Source: Carcharhinus longimanus
Taxonomy: Eukaryota
Assembly: GCA_030264375.1 (NCBI GenBank)
Contig: JASCQW010000184.1
Coordinates: 6,477,523-6,541,522 of the forward strand
DNA: 64,000 bases
Direction: 5' to 3'
Shown: in pieces, positions 39,520-53,340 of the stretch
Position numbering within the stretch: the stretch's first letter is position 1
Layout of the letters: each line of letters opens with the position of its first letter
Program-made: the position numbers and the translations under genes
The notes under the pieces: generated by a model
The model's database searches: none
What the model was told of the DNA's origin: nothing
What the model saw: the letters and a program-made list of their open reading frames with translations, nothing else

Positions 39520-41890
39520 ATGAATTATTAACAAAAGTAGGCCTATTGGCCCCTAGAGCCTGCTGTGCCATTTGATAAGATCATGACTGATCTTAATTCC
39601 ACTTTCCTTCCTATCCTTTATAACCTTTGACTCCCTTGTCAATCAAGAATCTATCTAATTCAGCCTTGAAAGATATTCAATGACTCTGCCTCCAGTGCTC
39701 TCTGAGGAACAGAATTCCCAAAACTTACAACCTTCAGTGAAAAACATTCCCCTCATCTTCATCTTAAATTAGAGACCCTTTATTTTGAAACTGTGCCCCC
39801 CAGTTATAGTCTCCCATTAGGGAAGCATCCTCTTAGCATCTGCCCCATCAAGTCTGCTCAGCATCTATGTTTCAATTCAGATCATCTCTCATTCTTCTAA
39901 ACTCAGTGGATGCAGACTCAACGCGTCCAATCTTTCCTCATAAGATAACCCGTCACCCCAGGAGTCAGTTCCCATTTTAACTTCCCAGGTTTACATTCCA
40001 GAGAACCAACAGCAATTTTAGTTAGTCTTTTCCTTTTTAATACTTGTAGAAACTCTTACCATCTTGTTTTGTATTTCTAGCTAGTTTTCTCTCATACTCT
40101 AATTTTTTTTTTAAAAAATTGCTGATTTTTAAATTCTGTCCAATTATCTGGCCTATCACAAATCTTTGCAGAAGTATACACTATTTCTTTCAATTTGATA
40201 CTATCTTTAACTTCCTTAGCTAGCAACAAATGAAACATCCTTCTCTTAGAATCTTTCTTTCTCACTAGAACATGCATTTGCTGAACCATCCCCTTAAATA
40301 TTTGCTACTGCACGTCTATTGATCCGCTCTTTAACCTAATTTCCCAGCTGTCTTCATAACCTCAACTGTATTTATAGTCTTGGATCCATGCTTCTTTCCC
40401 TCAAACTGAATGCAAAATTCAATTATGTTATGATCACTGCTACGTGGAGGCTCCATCACTATGAGGTAATTAATTAAGCCTGTCTCATTGCATATTACCA
40501 GCCTCCAATGTACATAAACACCCCCCCATCCCATGATTATTGCCATGCTTTTATGAACCCCCTTGACTTCTTCTTGTCCACCCTATCCAGCAGTGCATTT
40601 ACTATTAAGGAGCCTATAAAACTACTCCCACAAGTGACTTCTGACACTTGCTATTTCTTATTTCTAACCAGATTCTACATCTTGATCTTTAGTAATAAGG
40701 TCATCTCTCACGATTGTACTAATATCATCTTTAATTAACAGAGGCACCCTGCCATCTTCTCCTAGCTTCCTGTCCTTCCAAAATGTCAAGTACCCTTGAA
40801 TATCAAGGTCCCAGCCCTGGTCACCTTGCAGCCACATTTCTATAATAACCATCAGGTCATACATATTTATTTCTTTTTGAGCTAATAATTCATCTGTCTT
40901 ATTACAAATGCTATGCAAGTTCAGATACCAAGACTTCAGTTCTGTCCTTTTTTCTAATTGCAGGCCTTAACTGCTGGCACTCTAGTTTGTAGATGTCGCC
41001 TCATCCTGTCTTACTCTGATTATCATTACCTTTACCGTTACCTTGTTCTCTTGTCTTGTCCATTCCCTTTAGTTTATCAATCTTCCCTCACATGATCTCT
41101 CCATTTTCAGCCCTCTCTCCCACCCTAGTTCCAGCATGGTTCAGGTGAAGACAGTCTCAATGGTACAGCTCCCACTTTCCTCAATAGTGGGGATGCCGGC
41201 ACCTCGTGAATTGAAACCCATTTCTCACACACCAATCTTTGAGCCACACATTCAACTCCCTAATCTTATTTATCCTGTGCCAATTTACTCATGGCTCAGG
41301 TAACAATGCAGGTTCTGTTTGTTACTTTAGCTCCTAGCTGCTCATACCCCATAAGCAGAGCCTCTTTTCACATAGAAACAAGAAGCAGGAGTAGGCCATT
41401 TGGCCTTTTGAGCCTGCTCTGCCATTCATTTTGATCATGGCTGATCATCAAATTCAAGATACTGATACCCCTTCCTCCCATATCCCTTGATCCCTTTAGC
41501 CCCATGAGCTTTATCTAATTTATTTTTGAAATCAGACAACATTTTGGCCCCAACTACTTTCTATGGTAATGAATTCCATACATTCACCACTCTTTAGGTG
41601 AAGAAATTGCTCCTCACATCAGTTCTAAAAGATGTACCTCTTATTCTCAAATTTTGACCCCTAATTCTGGATTCCCCCACCATTGGGAACTTTCTGTATC
41701 TACGCTGTCTAACCCTGTTAGAATTTTATAAGTTTCCATGAGATCCCCTCTCACTCTACTAAACTCCAGTTAATATAATCCTAACCGACTCAGTCTCTGC
41801 TCATATGACAGCCCTGCCATCCCAGGAATCAGCCTAGCAAACCTTTGCTGTACTCCGTCCTTAGATAAGGACACCAAAATTACACACAAT
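39520..41890 (-). mobile_element. Cluster of CR1 LINE fragments (two 3' ends plus an endonuclease-region piece)
   Basis: SICNKTDEL..YDLMVIIEMWLQGDQGWDLDIQGY and SSDHNIIEF on the minus strand; CR1 tails at about 39530 and 41375. Confidence 0.85.
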
Positions 41891-41899
41891 AAAGAAACA

Positions 41900-43975
41900 G
41901 CTGAAGGCACCAGCTATGACCCTGACAATATTCCAGCAATAGCACTGATGACTGCGCTCCAGAACTTGCCTCGCCCCTAGCCAAGATGTTCTAGTATAGA
42001 AACAACACTGGCATCTACTCAGCAATGTTGCCCAGCTGTGCTCCGTACACAAAAAGCAGGACAAATCTAACCCAGCCAATTACCATTGTATCAGTTCACT
42101 CTCAATCATGGGTAAAGTAATGGGATGGGTCATCAACAGTGAGACCAAGAGGCACTTGCTCAGCAATAACCTGCTCACTGATGCTCAGTTTGAATTCCAA
42201 CAGGGTCACTCAGCTCCTGGTTGTATTACAGCCTTGCTTCAAACATGGACAGAACAGCTGAATTCCAGAGGTGATGTGAAATGGACTATACATGAAATCA
42301 AGGCAACATTTGATCGACTGCAACATAAAAGACCACTGGAAAAACTGGAGTCAATGAGAATCAGTGTGAAAATCCACCATTGGTTATAGTCATCCCTGGG
42401 ACAATGGAAAATGGTAGTGGTGGTTTCAAGTCAATCATCTCAGCCCCAGGACATCACTGCAGGAGTTCCTCAGAGCAATGTCTTATGTCCAACCATCCTC
42501 AGCTTCTTCATCAATGGCCAGTTTTCCATCATAAGGTCAGAAGTGGGGGTGTTTGCTGGTGAATGTTCAACACCATTACAACTCCTCAGATATTGAAGCA
42601 GTCCATATCCAAATGCAGCAAGACATGGACAATATCCAGGCTTGGGCTGACAAGTGAAAAAGCAATCATGGAGGAAATACATTGAGAAATTTTAATCCTG
42701 ACCAATGGAGGAGGGCTGAATAAAGGGGTGCCATTTCATTCCTATTTCAGTCGTAACAGTATCTCGAACCAAAACTGTGCCAATAACTCAGGAGGTTAAC
42801 TAGCTAACCTTCGAGACATTCCACAACTAGTTGTTCCTTCTGGATTTATAAATAAGTGCCCAAATCAGAACCACCAACGAGACCGAATAAAACAGGACAA
42901 ATTAATGTGACAACTGGTTTAAGTAAAAAATAGCCAATGAGAAAACGAATCTGCATTTTTGACTTAATGCAAATAGCACAAAAACGGAGCAAATATACTG
43001 CAAATTGAGCAGAGATCTCAGCTCCCAGAAAATGAAAGCTATGAAAAGCAAAGTTAGAGATAAAAGAAGAATATAACTACAAAATACTTAACACAATGTC
43101 ATTCTTTCTAGATTTGAATCTTTACTGGTGAGGGAATGTGACACATTTGCTAATATTTCTGACAGACCTAATAAGCATATCTTTGAAAGAACTGTAGAGT
43201 ATTGCATGAATCCATGAGTTAATTGGAAAAATGCTCTGAAGGTTCTGAGGGATTTTTCTTTAAAGCTTTTGGAAATCCAACTGTCAACATCCTTGGGGTT
43301 ACCATTGACCAGAAACTCAACTGGACTCACAACATTAACACAGTGGCTACAAAAGCAGTTCAGAGGTGAGGAATACTGCAGCGAGTAACTCACCTCCTGA
43401 CTCCCCAAAGCCTATCCACCATCTACAAGGCACAAGTCAGGAGTGTGATGGAATAATCCCCATTTGCCTGGATGGGTGCTGCTCCAACAACACTCAAGAA
43501 GCTTGACATTATCGAGGACAAAGCACCTGCTTGATTGGCACCACATCTACAAACATCTACTTCCTACCCCATTGACACTCAGAAGCAGCAGTGTACACTA
43601 CTTACAAGATGCACTGCAACAATTCACCAAAGATCCTTAGAAAGCAATCCTTCCAAATCCTTAGAAATCCTTCCAAACCCACAATCACTTACATCTAGAA
43701 GGACAAGGACAACAGATACATAGGGACACCACCCCATGCAAGTTTTCCTTCAAGCCACTCACCATCCTGACTTGGAAATATATCATCATTTCTTTGCAGT
43801 CACTGGGTCAAAATTCTGGAATTTCTTCCCCAACAGCATTGTGGGTCAACCCACAGCACATAGACTGCAGTGACTGAAGAAGGCAGTTCACCACCACCTT
43901 CTCGAGGGCAGCTAGGTTGGACGATAAATGCTGGCCAGCCAGCAACGCTCATTTCCCATGAATGAATAAAAAAAG
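41900..43975 (+). mobile_element. Second CR1-clade LINE (RT to 3' end), interrupted at about 42657-43277
   Basis: SNPANYHCISSLS, AQFEFQQGHS, GVPQSNVLCP, IYKAQVRSVME; tail atgaatgaataaaa. Confidence 0.85.
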
Positions 43976-44362
43976 GCAAGTTTACTTGATTGAGATTTGA
44001 GATATAAATGCGGCAGCACCGTGACACGTTGATTCTCGATAGCTTCTTTATTTGACATGGCAACGTACAGCAGAACTTTGCTGATTACAGTTGTAGCTGT
44101 TTGCTTTGATGCTTTTTTGATCATTGAACTTTTGGTTGATGCTTTGTGATTCAAGCTATCAGCAAATGGAAAATGTACTGACTCCATTACTTTAAAGAGA
44201 AAATTTAATGAATTTGTGCTTTAGTAAGAAGGGAATAACAATAAGGTTCCAAAAAAAAAAGTNNNNNNNNNNNNNNNNNNNNNNNNNNNNNNNNNNNNNN
44301 NNNNNNNNNNNNNNNNNNNNNNNNNNNNNNNNNNNNNNNNNNNNNNNNNNNNNNNNNNNNNN

Positions 44363-45410
44363 CATTCACCACCCTCTGGGTGAAGAAATTTCTCCTCACC
44401 TCAATTCTAAAAGGTTTACCCCTTATCCTCAAACTATGACCCCTAGTTCTGGACTCCCCTACCATCAGAACATTCTTTCTGAATCTACCCTATCTAACCC
44501 TGTTAGAATTTTATAAGTTTCTATGAGAACCCCACTCACTCTTCTAAACTCTCTCCTCATATGGCAGACCTGCATCCCAGGAATCCCTCTCCAGCAAGGG
44601 CATCCTTCCTCATTTAAAGGACACCAAAACTACACAGGTGTGGCCTCACCAACGCCTTAAATAATTGCAGTAAAACATCCCATCCCTATACTCAAATCCT
44701 CTCGCTATGAAGGCTAACATACTAGTTGCCTTCTTTACTGCCTGCTGTACCTACACACTTACTTTCAGCGACTAATGCATGAAGACTGCAAAGTCTCGTT
44801 GAATGACCACCTCTCTTAATTTACACCCAATTAGTAATCTGTCTTCCTATTATATGGATACCTCACATTTATCCACATTATACAGCATCTGCCATGCAGA
44901 TGTCCACACTCAGCCTGTTCAAATCACGCTGACGCATCTCCGCATCCTCCTTACGGCTCACTCTCCCACCCACCCAACACATCATATACTTAATGCGGAC
45001 TGTGACAGTTTAATCCTGCCCTCCCATTGCAGGTTCCTTTTCAGCCCTGAGCAGATATTTCAAACCTTGGCATCAGCCTTCTGAACTCCTGTTCTCGATT
45101 ACAGAGATCTGTATCTACTCTCCTGACTATATAACACCCGATTACCTACTATTTAGTTGCCCCACTTGAATGGCTTCCTATACCACAGTGCCATGGTCAG
45201 TTTGCTCAACCACCTTGCAGTCCCAACTCTCATGCATACAAGCTGCAAGAATCTCAAACCTGCTGGACAACTGCAAATGCTGAGGCTCTTACACTTCCAC
45301 CTTCTCAATGCCCATACCTGCCTCAGTTACAATCACATCCTCAGAAGACCTGAGTGTAAGATGTGTGACTGGCTTCTAAGGCAGTGTCTAAGTAACTTTC
45401 CCCCTCCCTG
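44363..45410 (-). mobile_element. CR1 LINE fragments
   Basis: SRTRGHSLRIRGKPFRIEVRRNFFTQRVVN on the minus strand. Confidence 0.8.
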
Positions 45411-46445
45411 ATAATGAGCTGAAGTCACTTACTGCAAACATGTTTGCCTTGTATCACAATAGTGTTCAGTGGTATCTTGTCCAATTGCCACTGATCAGAG
45501 CTGAAATGGTGAGCATCAGCTCATCTTACATTAAAGGTTGAGGATGGCAGACAGGAGACGAGTCAGTCACACCGATCAGCTTTTGTTATGTAAAAACAGA
45601 GCAGCCATTGCTGAATGACAGGTTAATTTGCAGCATAAGTATCAGGGTTAATTACAGGCAACTAAAGGAAGCACCACAGGGTTGTCCTCATCACCACTTT
45701 CGACAAATTCCACAAACAGCCAGTGAAAAGAAAACAAGGGCCGGAAAACATGCTGAACCATTGAAATGCTTTTATAAGAACACACTTAAAAAAGGAAACC
45801 CATGTTTCAGGCAAGTATAACAGAGAAGGAAAACATATCTCATTTAAATCTTCTTCATTTGGACAATTTTAGTTAAATCCAGTTAACAGCAAATTAATAT
45901 GGAGTACAACGTTAGCAAGTGTGAGGTTATCCACTTTGGCAGGAATAATAGTAGGAGGGATTACTATTTAAAGGGNNNNNNNNNNNNNNNNNNNNNNNNN
46001 NNNNNNNNNNNNNNNNNNNNNNNNNNNNNNNNNNNNNNNNNNNNNNNNNNNNNNNNNNNNNNNNNNNNNNNNNNNGAGGTGGGGTGGGGGGAGGGGGGGA
46101 GGGGAGTCCTCACCACACTTTACACTCTGGTTGGGGAACAATTGCAACATAGCAACGAATATATGGCAATTATACTGAGTCACAGCCTCCCAGTGTAGGG
46201 TTCATTACAGTTCCTACAGCGTTTGTCCCGAGTAGCACATACTTCATGGAAACAATGTTAGTCAGCAAAAAAGGAGGCAATCTCCCACATCTAACACAAT
46301 TTAGATGGGACTGGATTGTTGAAGAGGGAAATTACTTTCCTTCGTTTACTTTTTCCAAAAAAGGCAATTCTCGATGAAAAAAATGAAATCTAGTGCTAGA
46401 CTCCATAATATGCTGGAATATTTTAAAATCTCAATCAAATACTCT

Positions 46446-46890
46446 ACAACAAAATTACTTGTACTTATATAATGCTTTTTACAACCCTAAACGTCCCACA
46501 ATGTTTTACAACCAATGCAGTATTATGCAAGTCCAGTCATGGCTGTAATGTAGGAAACGTGGCAGTCAGTTTGTGCAAAGCAAGGTCCAACAAGCAGCAG
46601 TAAGATAATGACCAAATAATCTGTTTAGTAATGCTGATTAAGGGATAAATACTACCCAGGATACTGAGACAACACCTCAGCTCTTTAGAAAAAATTACCA
46701 TGGGACTGTTTACATCTATGAGAGAGGATAAACAGGATCTTAGTTTAACATGTCACCCGAGAGATAACATCTTTCCTCAGTGCCACACTGAAGTGTCACC
46801 CTAGATTGTTTGCTTAAGTCTTTGGATTGGGACTTGAATCCACAACCTACTGGTTCCATGCTGATACTACGACTGAGTTGAGGCTGATAC
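46446..46890 (-). mobile_element. DeuSINE (SacSINE1-like)
   Basis: aatgtaggaaacgtggcagtcagtttgtgcaaagcaaggtcc..gataatgaccaaataatctg..gggataaata..gggacttgaatcc. Confidence 0.7.
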
Positions 46891-47569
46891 CTGGAAGCTT
46901 TATTAAGCAACTTATGATCCTCTGCCATTACTATTCTTGATCTGTTAGAAAATACAATAGAGCTCATTTGCCTTGCATTTGTTTATCTACCTCTTTCCAT
47001 AGGAGTGAAACTTACAGGTGTTTTGAGAAGGAGAAAGGATTGCATTCAATGAGAATTATCTCAGCTGGAGGTCCTGCGGTGGGGTGAGGGTCCTGTTTCA
47101 GCAGTCTTCATTATATCCAAGTCTGAAGCATGGAGAGCTTATATCTATTTTACAAGATATCACTGCATCGATATTCTTCAAATTTGGCAAATTCAGAATT
47201 ATGCAGTTTCAATGAATTCACCCATCCAACTAGAAGGGAAGGGTAAGCTAATTATTTGAACATAGACATTTTGCATTTGATGTACAGGAAACGATGCAGT
47301 GGTTTTATAACTTCTAATTAACAAGTAATCACAGACATAAAATCAAATATTGTGGTGGAGGAAGCTGATGTTCAGTCTCATCTTGAAAATGAAATTGTAC
47401 TTGGCAAACCTTACAAATTGCAACTTAAGGAGCTATTTAAAAAATGCATTGTACAAAATAAACATTCATTTAGTGCAAAAGAGTAACTGACGAATAATTG
47501 GATAAATATCATCCAATAAGATTGCGGTAATGCATTTTCATGCTCATTTTATATTTTTGTTCAATTTAA

Positions 47570-47922
47570 TTTTTTTTTCTTTATTCTTTCACAGGAGGTG
47601 GGCATTGCTGCCAAGGCAAACATTACCCATCCCGAATTACCTCTTGAACTGAGTGGCTTGCTGGGCCATTTGTTGTGGGTCTGACCAGATGAGGATGGCA
47701 GATTTTCTTCCCTAAAGGACATTAGTGAACCAGATGGGTTTTTCCAACAATCGATAATAGTTTCATGGTCACTATTACTGAATTTAGCTTTATATTTCAG
47801 ATTTATTGATTGAATTTCAATTCCACCAGCTACCACGGTGGGATTTGAACACTCATCCCACATTATTAGCCTGGATCTCTCAATTATTAGTCAAATGATA
47901 TTACCACTGCATTGCCATCTCC
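47570..47922 (-). mobile_element. Same tRNA-derived SINE family, minus copy
   Basis: taaaggacattagtgaaccagatggg..gggatttgaac. Confidence 0.7.
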
Positions 47923-50026
47923 CTTCGAATGGTTATATTTGTGTTCTACCAACTGCCTGTATGCAGAAGGGAGAATAATTTTTCAACATTCACGTGTCAG
48001 TATCGTGCTGTGTCTACCACTAGAACAATGCATGAAAGAAGCATTTTGAATTCCACAGCTGTAGTGCATCGTGGAAACTAATAGCAAGTTTGCAAAGTAA
48101 TTTAACTATTTTGCGGTAACAGACTGAACAGTGGAATTTCAATGCTATCAAAATTTGCATCAGGTTTAGCAAGGGGATAGATTTGGAGACCATTTTTGAT
48201 GGGAGCTGAACACCATGACTTCAGTCTTCGAGATACTACATTGGAAGATGCTCTAATTCATACACAATACAATATTAGACAAAGGTGATGTCAAAATTAC
48301 CACATTTTAAAAACACTATCTGCCTTAATTTCAAACAGACATGGTCACTAATGTTAAATATCAAGTATGAGAGCTTAAAATATGCCTGTAAGCAAAACAA
48401 ACCATTAGGCAAACTGCAAAAAAGCTTTGGCTTGGGGGCACGGGGAAAGCATGGCATGGCAACAATTTTATTGGCAGGCATACCCGAAAGCACTCATGAC
48501 AAAATAATACATCAAACATAAAAGCGATGTAGCAACATTATATTCAGAATCACAACTACCACAATCTGACAGAACAAATATACTAGAAGAACATAACTGC
48601 TGCAACCCGGCAGAACAAATATGCCGGATGAAAATATCTCCTAGAATGTTTGTGGGATGCCAAGAACTTGGTCCTCGTTTATAAAAAATGAATATCTAAG
48701 CACAAATAACTTTATATATAATATTGCTTTTTCTTAATGTATAATTTTTCATCTCCCATTTTTCCCCTTCCTTTCTGAAGGTGTTAACTCTTTGATATGG
48801 CATTTCCTGTTTCTGCAGCTGCTGGTCACCTGTACTTGTTTCACCCAAGTACCCATCGTGAGCCTAGATATTACGAGTGTCATTCGGTTATTTTAAACGG
48901 GGATGTGACAGAAGCCTGATCCTGTCCTTCTGTGCATCAGAGGCTGCTGGACAGCAATTAGGAGTAAGAATTCCAGCTAATTTTTCCTCTTCACAAAGGG
49001 GTGCTGAAGTCAACTGTGGCAATTCAACTGATACCTAGACCAAATCAGCTAACTCAGATTAGACTAGCAAATGAAGTTGGACCTTCAGGTCTGTATTCCT
49101 TTGTTTAAACTGGGCTATGCTCCTAATGATAAGCTAATAGCGATTGCTAGGTTTGATATCGCAAATGTAGCAATTTGAGGAAGTGAAGTGAACTTGATGC
49201 AATTGCTGAAGTTCCCACACTGTCCTGTTTATTAGCACTACTGCCGAATGCCTGCAAAAAAAAAAAATCTGCCCCGTAGGCAAAACATTGGCAGTACTCA
49301 TTTTGTCCAGTAAAAAAACTCTACCTGTCTCACATCTAATTTAAATGACACCAGATACAGAGAATCAGAAAACAAATTTCCCTGCTGTACATTACAACCA
49401 ACTCCATGTCATGAGTAGGTTCTCTGTGGTACTTTTTGGGCTGCCAGGATTGATTAATCCTGCTGCTGGGACAAGTTACTAAAATTCAGTGTTGCTCACT
49501 AACATTCTGTCAAATGCCAAATCTTAGCCAAAACCTCTCTCCGGAAAGTTGTATTATGCTAAGTATGGGGGCTGTTAACTGAAAAGTATCCATGTCAGAA
49601 ACACCTTTTTGCTCTCATATCTCCATTCCTGGGAGAGTATATAACACAGCTTTTGATATGGAGCCCTCCTTACGCATATGATCAACTAAACTCTGGAGAT
49701 ATGTTTGTTTTTAATGCTACTTCCTTTGATGGAGACCAATTGTAATAGAAACAATGTAATATCTTTCCAAGATACTGAATGTAGCATTATGAAGATAATG
49801 CCATGGAATACTTATGAATAAAATACCCATAGTCTGGGTATTATGGTTTAACTCAATACATTTATATCAGACATTATCCATCAACAAAAATCCGACAAGC
49901 CAACTTTCGATTCTACTTTGAATGTCAGGAATCAAGAAACAAAGCAGTACATCTTCAACTTAACCACAACAGAGAACTCACATTTAGCATATTGTATTTA
50001 AGGAACCTAATTTACAGCAAAGGGAA

Positions 50027-50340
50027 ATTTATTTATTTATCACAAGTAGGCTTACATTAACATTGCAATGAAGTTACGTGAAAATCCCCTAGTTGCCACA
50101 CTCCGGCAACTAGGGGATTTTGTGTACCTGTTTGAGTACACTGAGGGAGAATTTAGCATGGCCAATGCACCTAACCAGCACGTCTTTCGGACTGTGGGAG
50201 GAAACTGGAGCACCCGGAGGAAACCCACGCAGACACAGGGAGAACATGCAGGCTCCACACAGACAGTGACTCAAGCTGGGAATCACATCCGGGTCCCTGG
50301 AGCTGCGAGGCAGCAGTACTAACTACTATGCTACCATGCC
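50027..50340 (-). mobile_element. HE1-related SINE with alternative 3' tail
   Basis: HE1 head and V-domain, but the tail reads ..taggggattttcac..aatgtaagcctacttgtga..aataaa. Confidence 0.85.
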
Positions 50341-50503
50341 AATAATGCTCCCATTTGAAGTGTAGACCATAGCCTGAAAACCCATAATTTACCTCTTGGC
50401 CTTAATTAATATATTAATGACTTGGATGAGGGAAGTGAATGTACAATTGCCAAGTTTGCAGATAACACAATAGGTGGGAAGGTAGTAGTGAGGGTGAAAC
50501 AAA

Positions 50504-50631
50504 GGGTGACATTTTCCTGTCCTGTCCCCCCATGGGAATGGTAGCAGGCGGGACGCAGACCATGCAAAGGTCCACTGGCCTTGGGCAGGATTTTCCAAAC
50601 TTGGTGTGAGCGCAGCCAGATAATCTCGCCC
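50504..50631. mobile_element. 128-bp MITE (PIF/Harbinger-like) inserted in a CR1 fragment
   Basis: Imperfect TIRs GGGTGACATTTTCC / GGGCGAGATTATCT flanked by AAA on both sides; the CR1 sequence resumes in register. Confidence 0.7.
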
Positions 50632-50845
50632 AAAGAGTCTAGAGGGGGATGTAGACAGGTTAAGCGAGTGAGCAAAAACTTGGCAGATTGAATATTATGT
50701 AGGAAAACGTGTGGTTGGTAACAATGGAAAATTGTACTCAAACCTTTGACATTCTATGTTAGAAGTTCAGAGGGGGAGAGGAGACGTGAACTTCAAAATT
50801 ATATTTTAAAAGGTGGACTTACAAAATTTAAGTAAATTAAGTTTA

Positions 50846-51133
50846 AAATTTATTTATTAGTGTCACAATTAGGCTTACATTCACACTTCAGTGAAGTTAC
50901 TGTGAAAATCCCCTAGTCACCACACTCCAGCACCTGTTCAGATACACTGAGGGAGAATTTAGCACAGCCAATGCATCTAACCAGCATGTTTTTCAGGCTG
51001 TGGGATACCCAGAGAAACCCATGCAGACACAGGGAGAACATGCAAACTCTACACAATGACCCAAGCCAGGAATCGAACCCAGGTCCCTGGTGCTGAGAGG
51101 CAGTGCCAACCACTGTGCCACCGCACCATGCCC
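50846..51133 (-). mobile_element. HE1-related SINE with alternative 3' tail
   Basis: Second copy of the same variant; a tail-only fragment also occurs at about 33465-33560. Confidence 0.85.
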
Positions 51134-51619
51134 AGAGTGACTTCTAAGGAGGTTAGTTCAGATGAGGGAAGATTCAAAAGGGAAAACAGTTTATCAGGAG
51201 CAATTTCAACCTATGCACATTAGCTCTTTTGAGAACTTAGCCCCCAGCAGGAAAAGGTGTGCAAGCTCCCAGCAAGCTGTGTCTGTAGAAACGCCTGTTT
51301 GAAAAACCAGTTGTTCTGCCCGACATCAGAAGCAACCCAAAAAGATACAAGTGCTTGTGTGGTGACTCAAACTGGATTTTGCCTATAGCTTTTAGAACCC
51401 TATAGGATGTTATTTGGGAGGCTTAGCTCTGAAGTTATGGAAAACAAGGATTTGGAACTAGGCAAATTTAAATATACTGTGTTTGGCCATAGAGGTAATT
51501 AAGTACATTTCTAGTTGACTTTCTTGTTGTGAATTTTGTTTAATGAACTTTTATTTTATTTAAAACCATCACAATGATGTTTGGGACATCATTCTCTAGT
51601 TTTCACATCTTTCCTCTCA

Positions 51620-52770
51620 TTATCCAGAGGCATTTGACAAGGTGCCACACCAAAGATTGCTACATAAGATAAAGGTGCACAGTGTTATGGGTAATATATT
51701 AGCATGGATAGAGGATTGGTTAACTAACAGAAAGCAAAGAGTGAGGTAAATGGGCATTTTTCTGGTTGGCGATCACTGACTAGTGGTGCGCCTCAGTGTT
51801 GGGACCACAATTGTTTACAATTTGCATATGTGATTTGGAATTGGGTACCAAGTGTAGTGTGACAAAATTTGTAGATAACACTAAAGATGGGTGGCAGAGC
51901 AAAGTGTGCAGAGGACGCTGAAAGTCTGCAAAGGGATGTAGATAGTTTACGAGAGTGGGCGAGGGCGTAGCAGATAGAGTGCAATGTTGGTAAATGTGAA
52001 GTCATCCACTTTGGTAGGAATAACAGCAAAATGGACTATTACTCAAGTGGTTAAAAAATTGCAGCGTGCTGTTGTGCAGAGGGACCTGGATGTCCTTTTG
52101 CAGGAATCTCAAGGAGTTGGTTTGCAGGTGCAGAGGTAATTTAGGCAGCAAATGGAATCTTGTCCTTCGTTGCTAGCGGGAAGGAGTTTAAAAACAGCGA
52201 GGTTATGTTGCAGCTGTATAAAAGGTGCTGGTGAGGCCACACCCGGAGTACTCATGTACAGTTCTGGTATCCTTACTTGAGGACGGATATACTGGCACTG
52301 GAGGGGGTGCAGAGGAGATTCACTAGGTTGATTCTGGAGTTGAGAGGGTTGGCTTATGAGGNNNNNNNNNNNNNNNNNNNNNNNNNNNNNNNNNNNNNNN
52401 NNNNNNNNNNNNNNNNNNNNNNNNNNNNNNNNNNNNNNNNNNNNNNNNNNNNNNNNNNNNNNNNNNNNNNNNNNNNNNNNNNNNNNNNNNNNNNNNNNNN
52501 NNNNNNNNNNNNNNNNNNNNNNNNNNNNNNNNNNNNNNNNNNNNNNNNNNNNNNNNNNNNNNNNNNNNNNNNNNNNNNNNNNNNNNNNNNNNNNNNNNNN
52601 NNNNNNNNNNNNNNNCATTGAATGTTTTTAAGGCAAGGATAGATAAATTTTTGAACAGTAAAGGAATTAAGGGTTATGGTGAGCGGGCGAGTAAGTGGAA
52701 CTGAGTCCACAAAAAGATCAGCCATGATCTTATTGAATGGCAGAGCAGGCTCCTAGTTCTTATGTTCTTA
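51620..52770 (+). mobile_element. CR1/HER1 LINE RT-to-3' fragment (gapped)
   Basis: AFDKVPH, KFVDNTK, KCEVIHFG, LEGVQRRFTRLI and the CR1 tail. Confidence 0.9.
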
Positions 52771-53236
52771 TCCCAAATTGCAAAATACAAGAGCAGGTGT
52801 TTCAAGCTTTCCTTCCTGGAATACCTTGTCATTTAACATCAGCTGCACTCTTAATAATTCACTTACTTTCTCTGCTAAGAACCAGAGATAGGACAGCATT
52901 ACAACCAACCTCTATTAACATCCCACAGGCAGGAAGACCTTGAACATGAGTGCAAACCCAGAAGTATGTAAAAGGGCGAGTCTTCAGCAGCCACAGATGA
53001 AGCAGAGGGAAGCAGAAGTAGGGTTTTAAGTGTTTTCAGACTACATTGAATACCATCACTATAGGTATTGTTTCCCACAGCATACATTTAACCTCTTTTG
53101 ACATGATTACTTTTTTGCCAAATGTTAGAATATGTGCAGGTAAAATAATCTTTCTAGCTTAAGAGGGAAATACTGGGAAGGTAAAGAATGTCACTATATG
53201 AAGGTATTACAACTCATAGGTCATGGCAAAACCGAT

Positions 53237-53340
53237 TGCAGTAAGAAGTCTCACAACACCAGGTTGAAGTCCAACAGGTTTATTTGATAGTAAACACCAC
53301 AAGCTTTTGGAACACTGTTCCTTCGTCGAGTGAGTGAGTA
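53237..53340 (-). mobile_element. Penelope pseudo-LTR fragment
   Basis: cagtaagaagtctcacaacaccaggttgaagtccaacaggtttattt, with a degenerate hammerhead core. A similar end occurs at 33564-33636. Confidence 0.75.

Noticed and set aside
52109-52725. ORFs containing long X runs
   Set aside because: Artefacts of translating assembly gaps.
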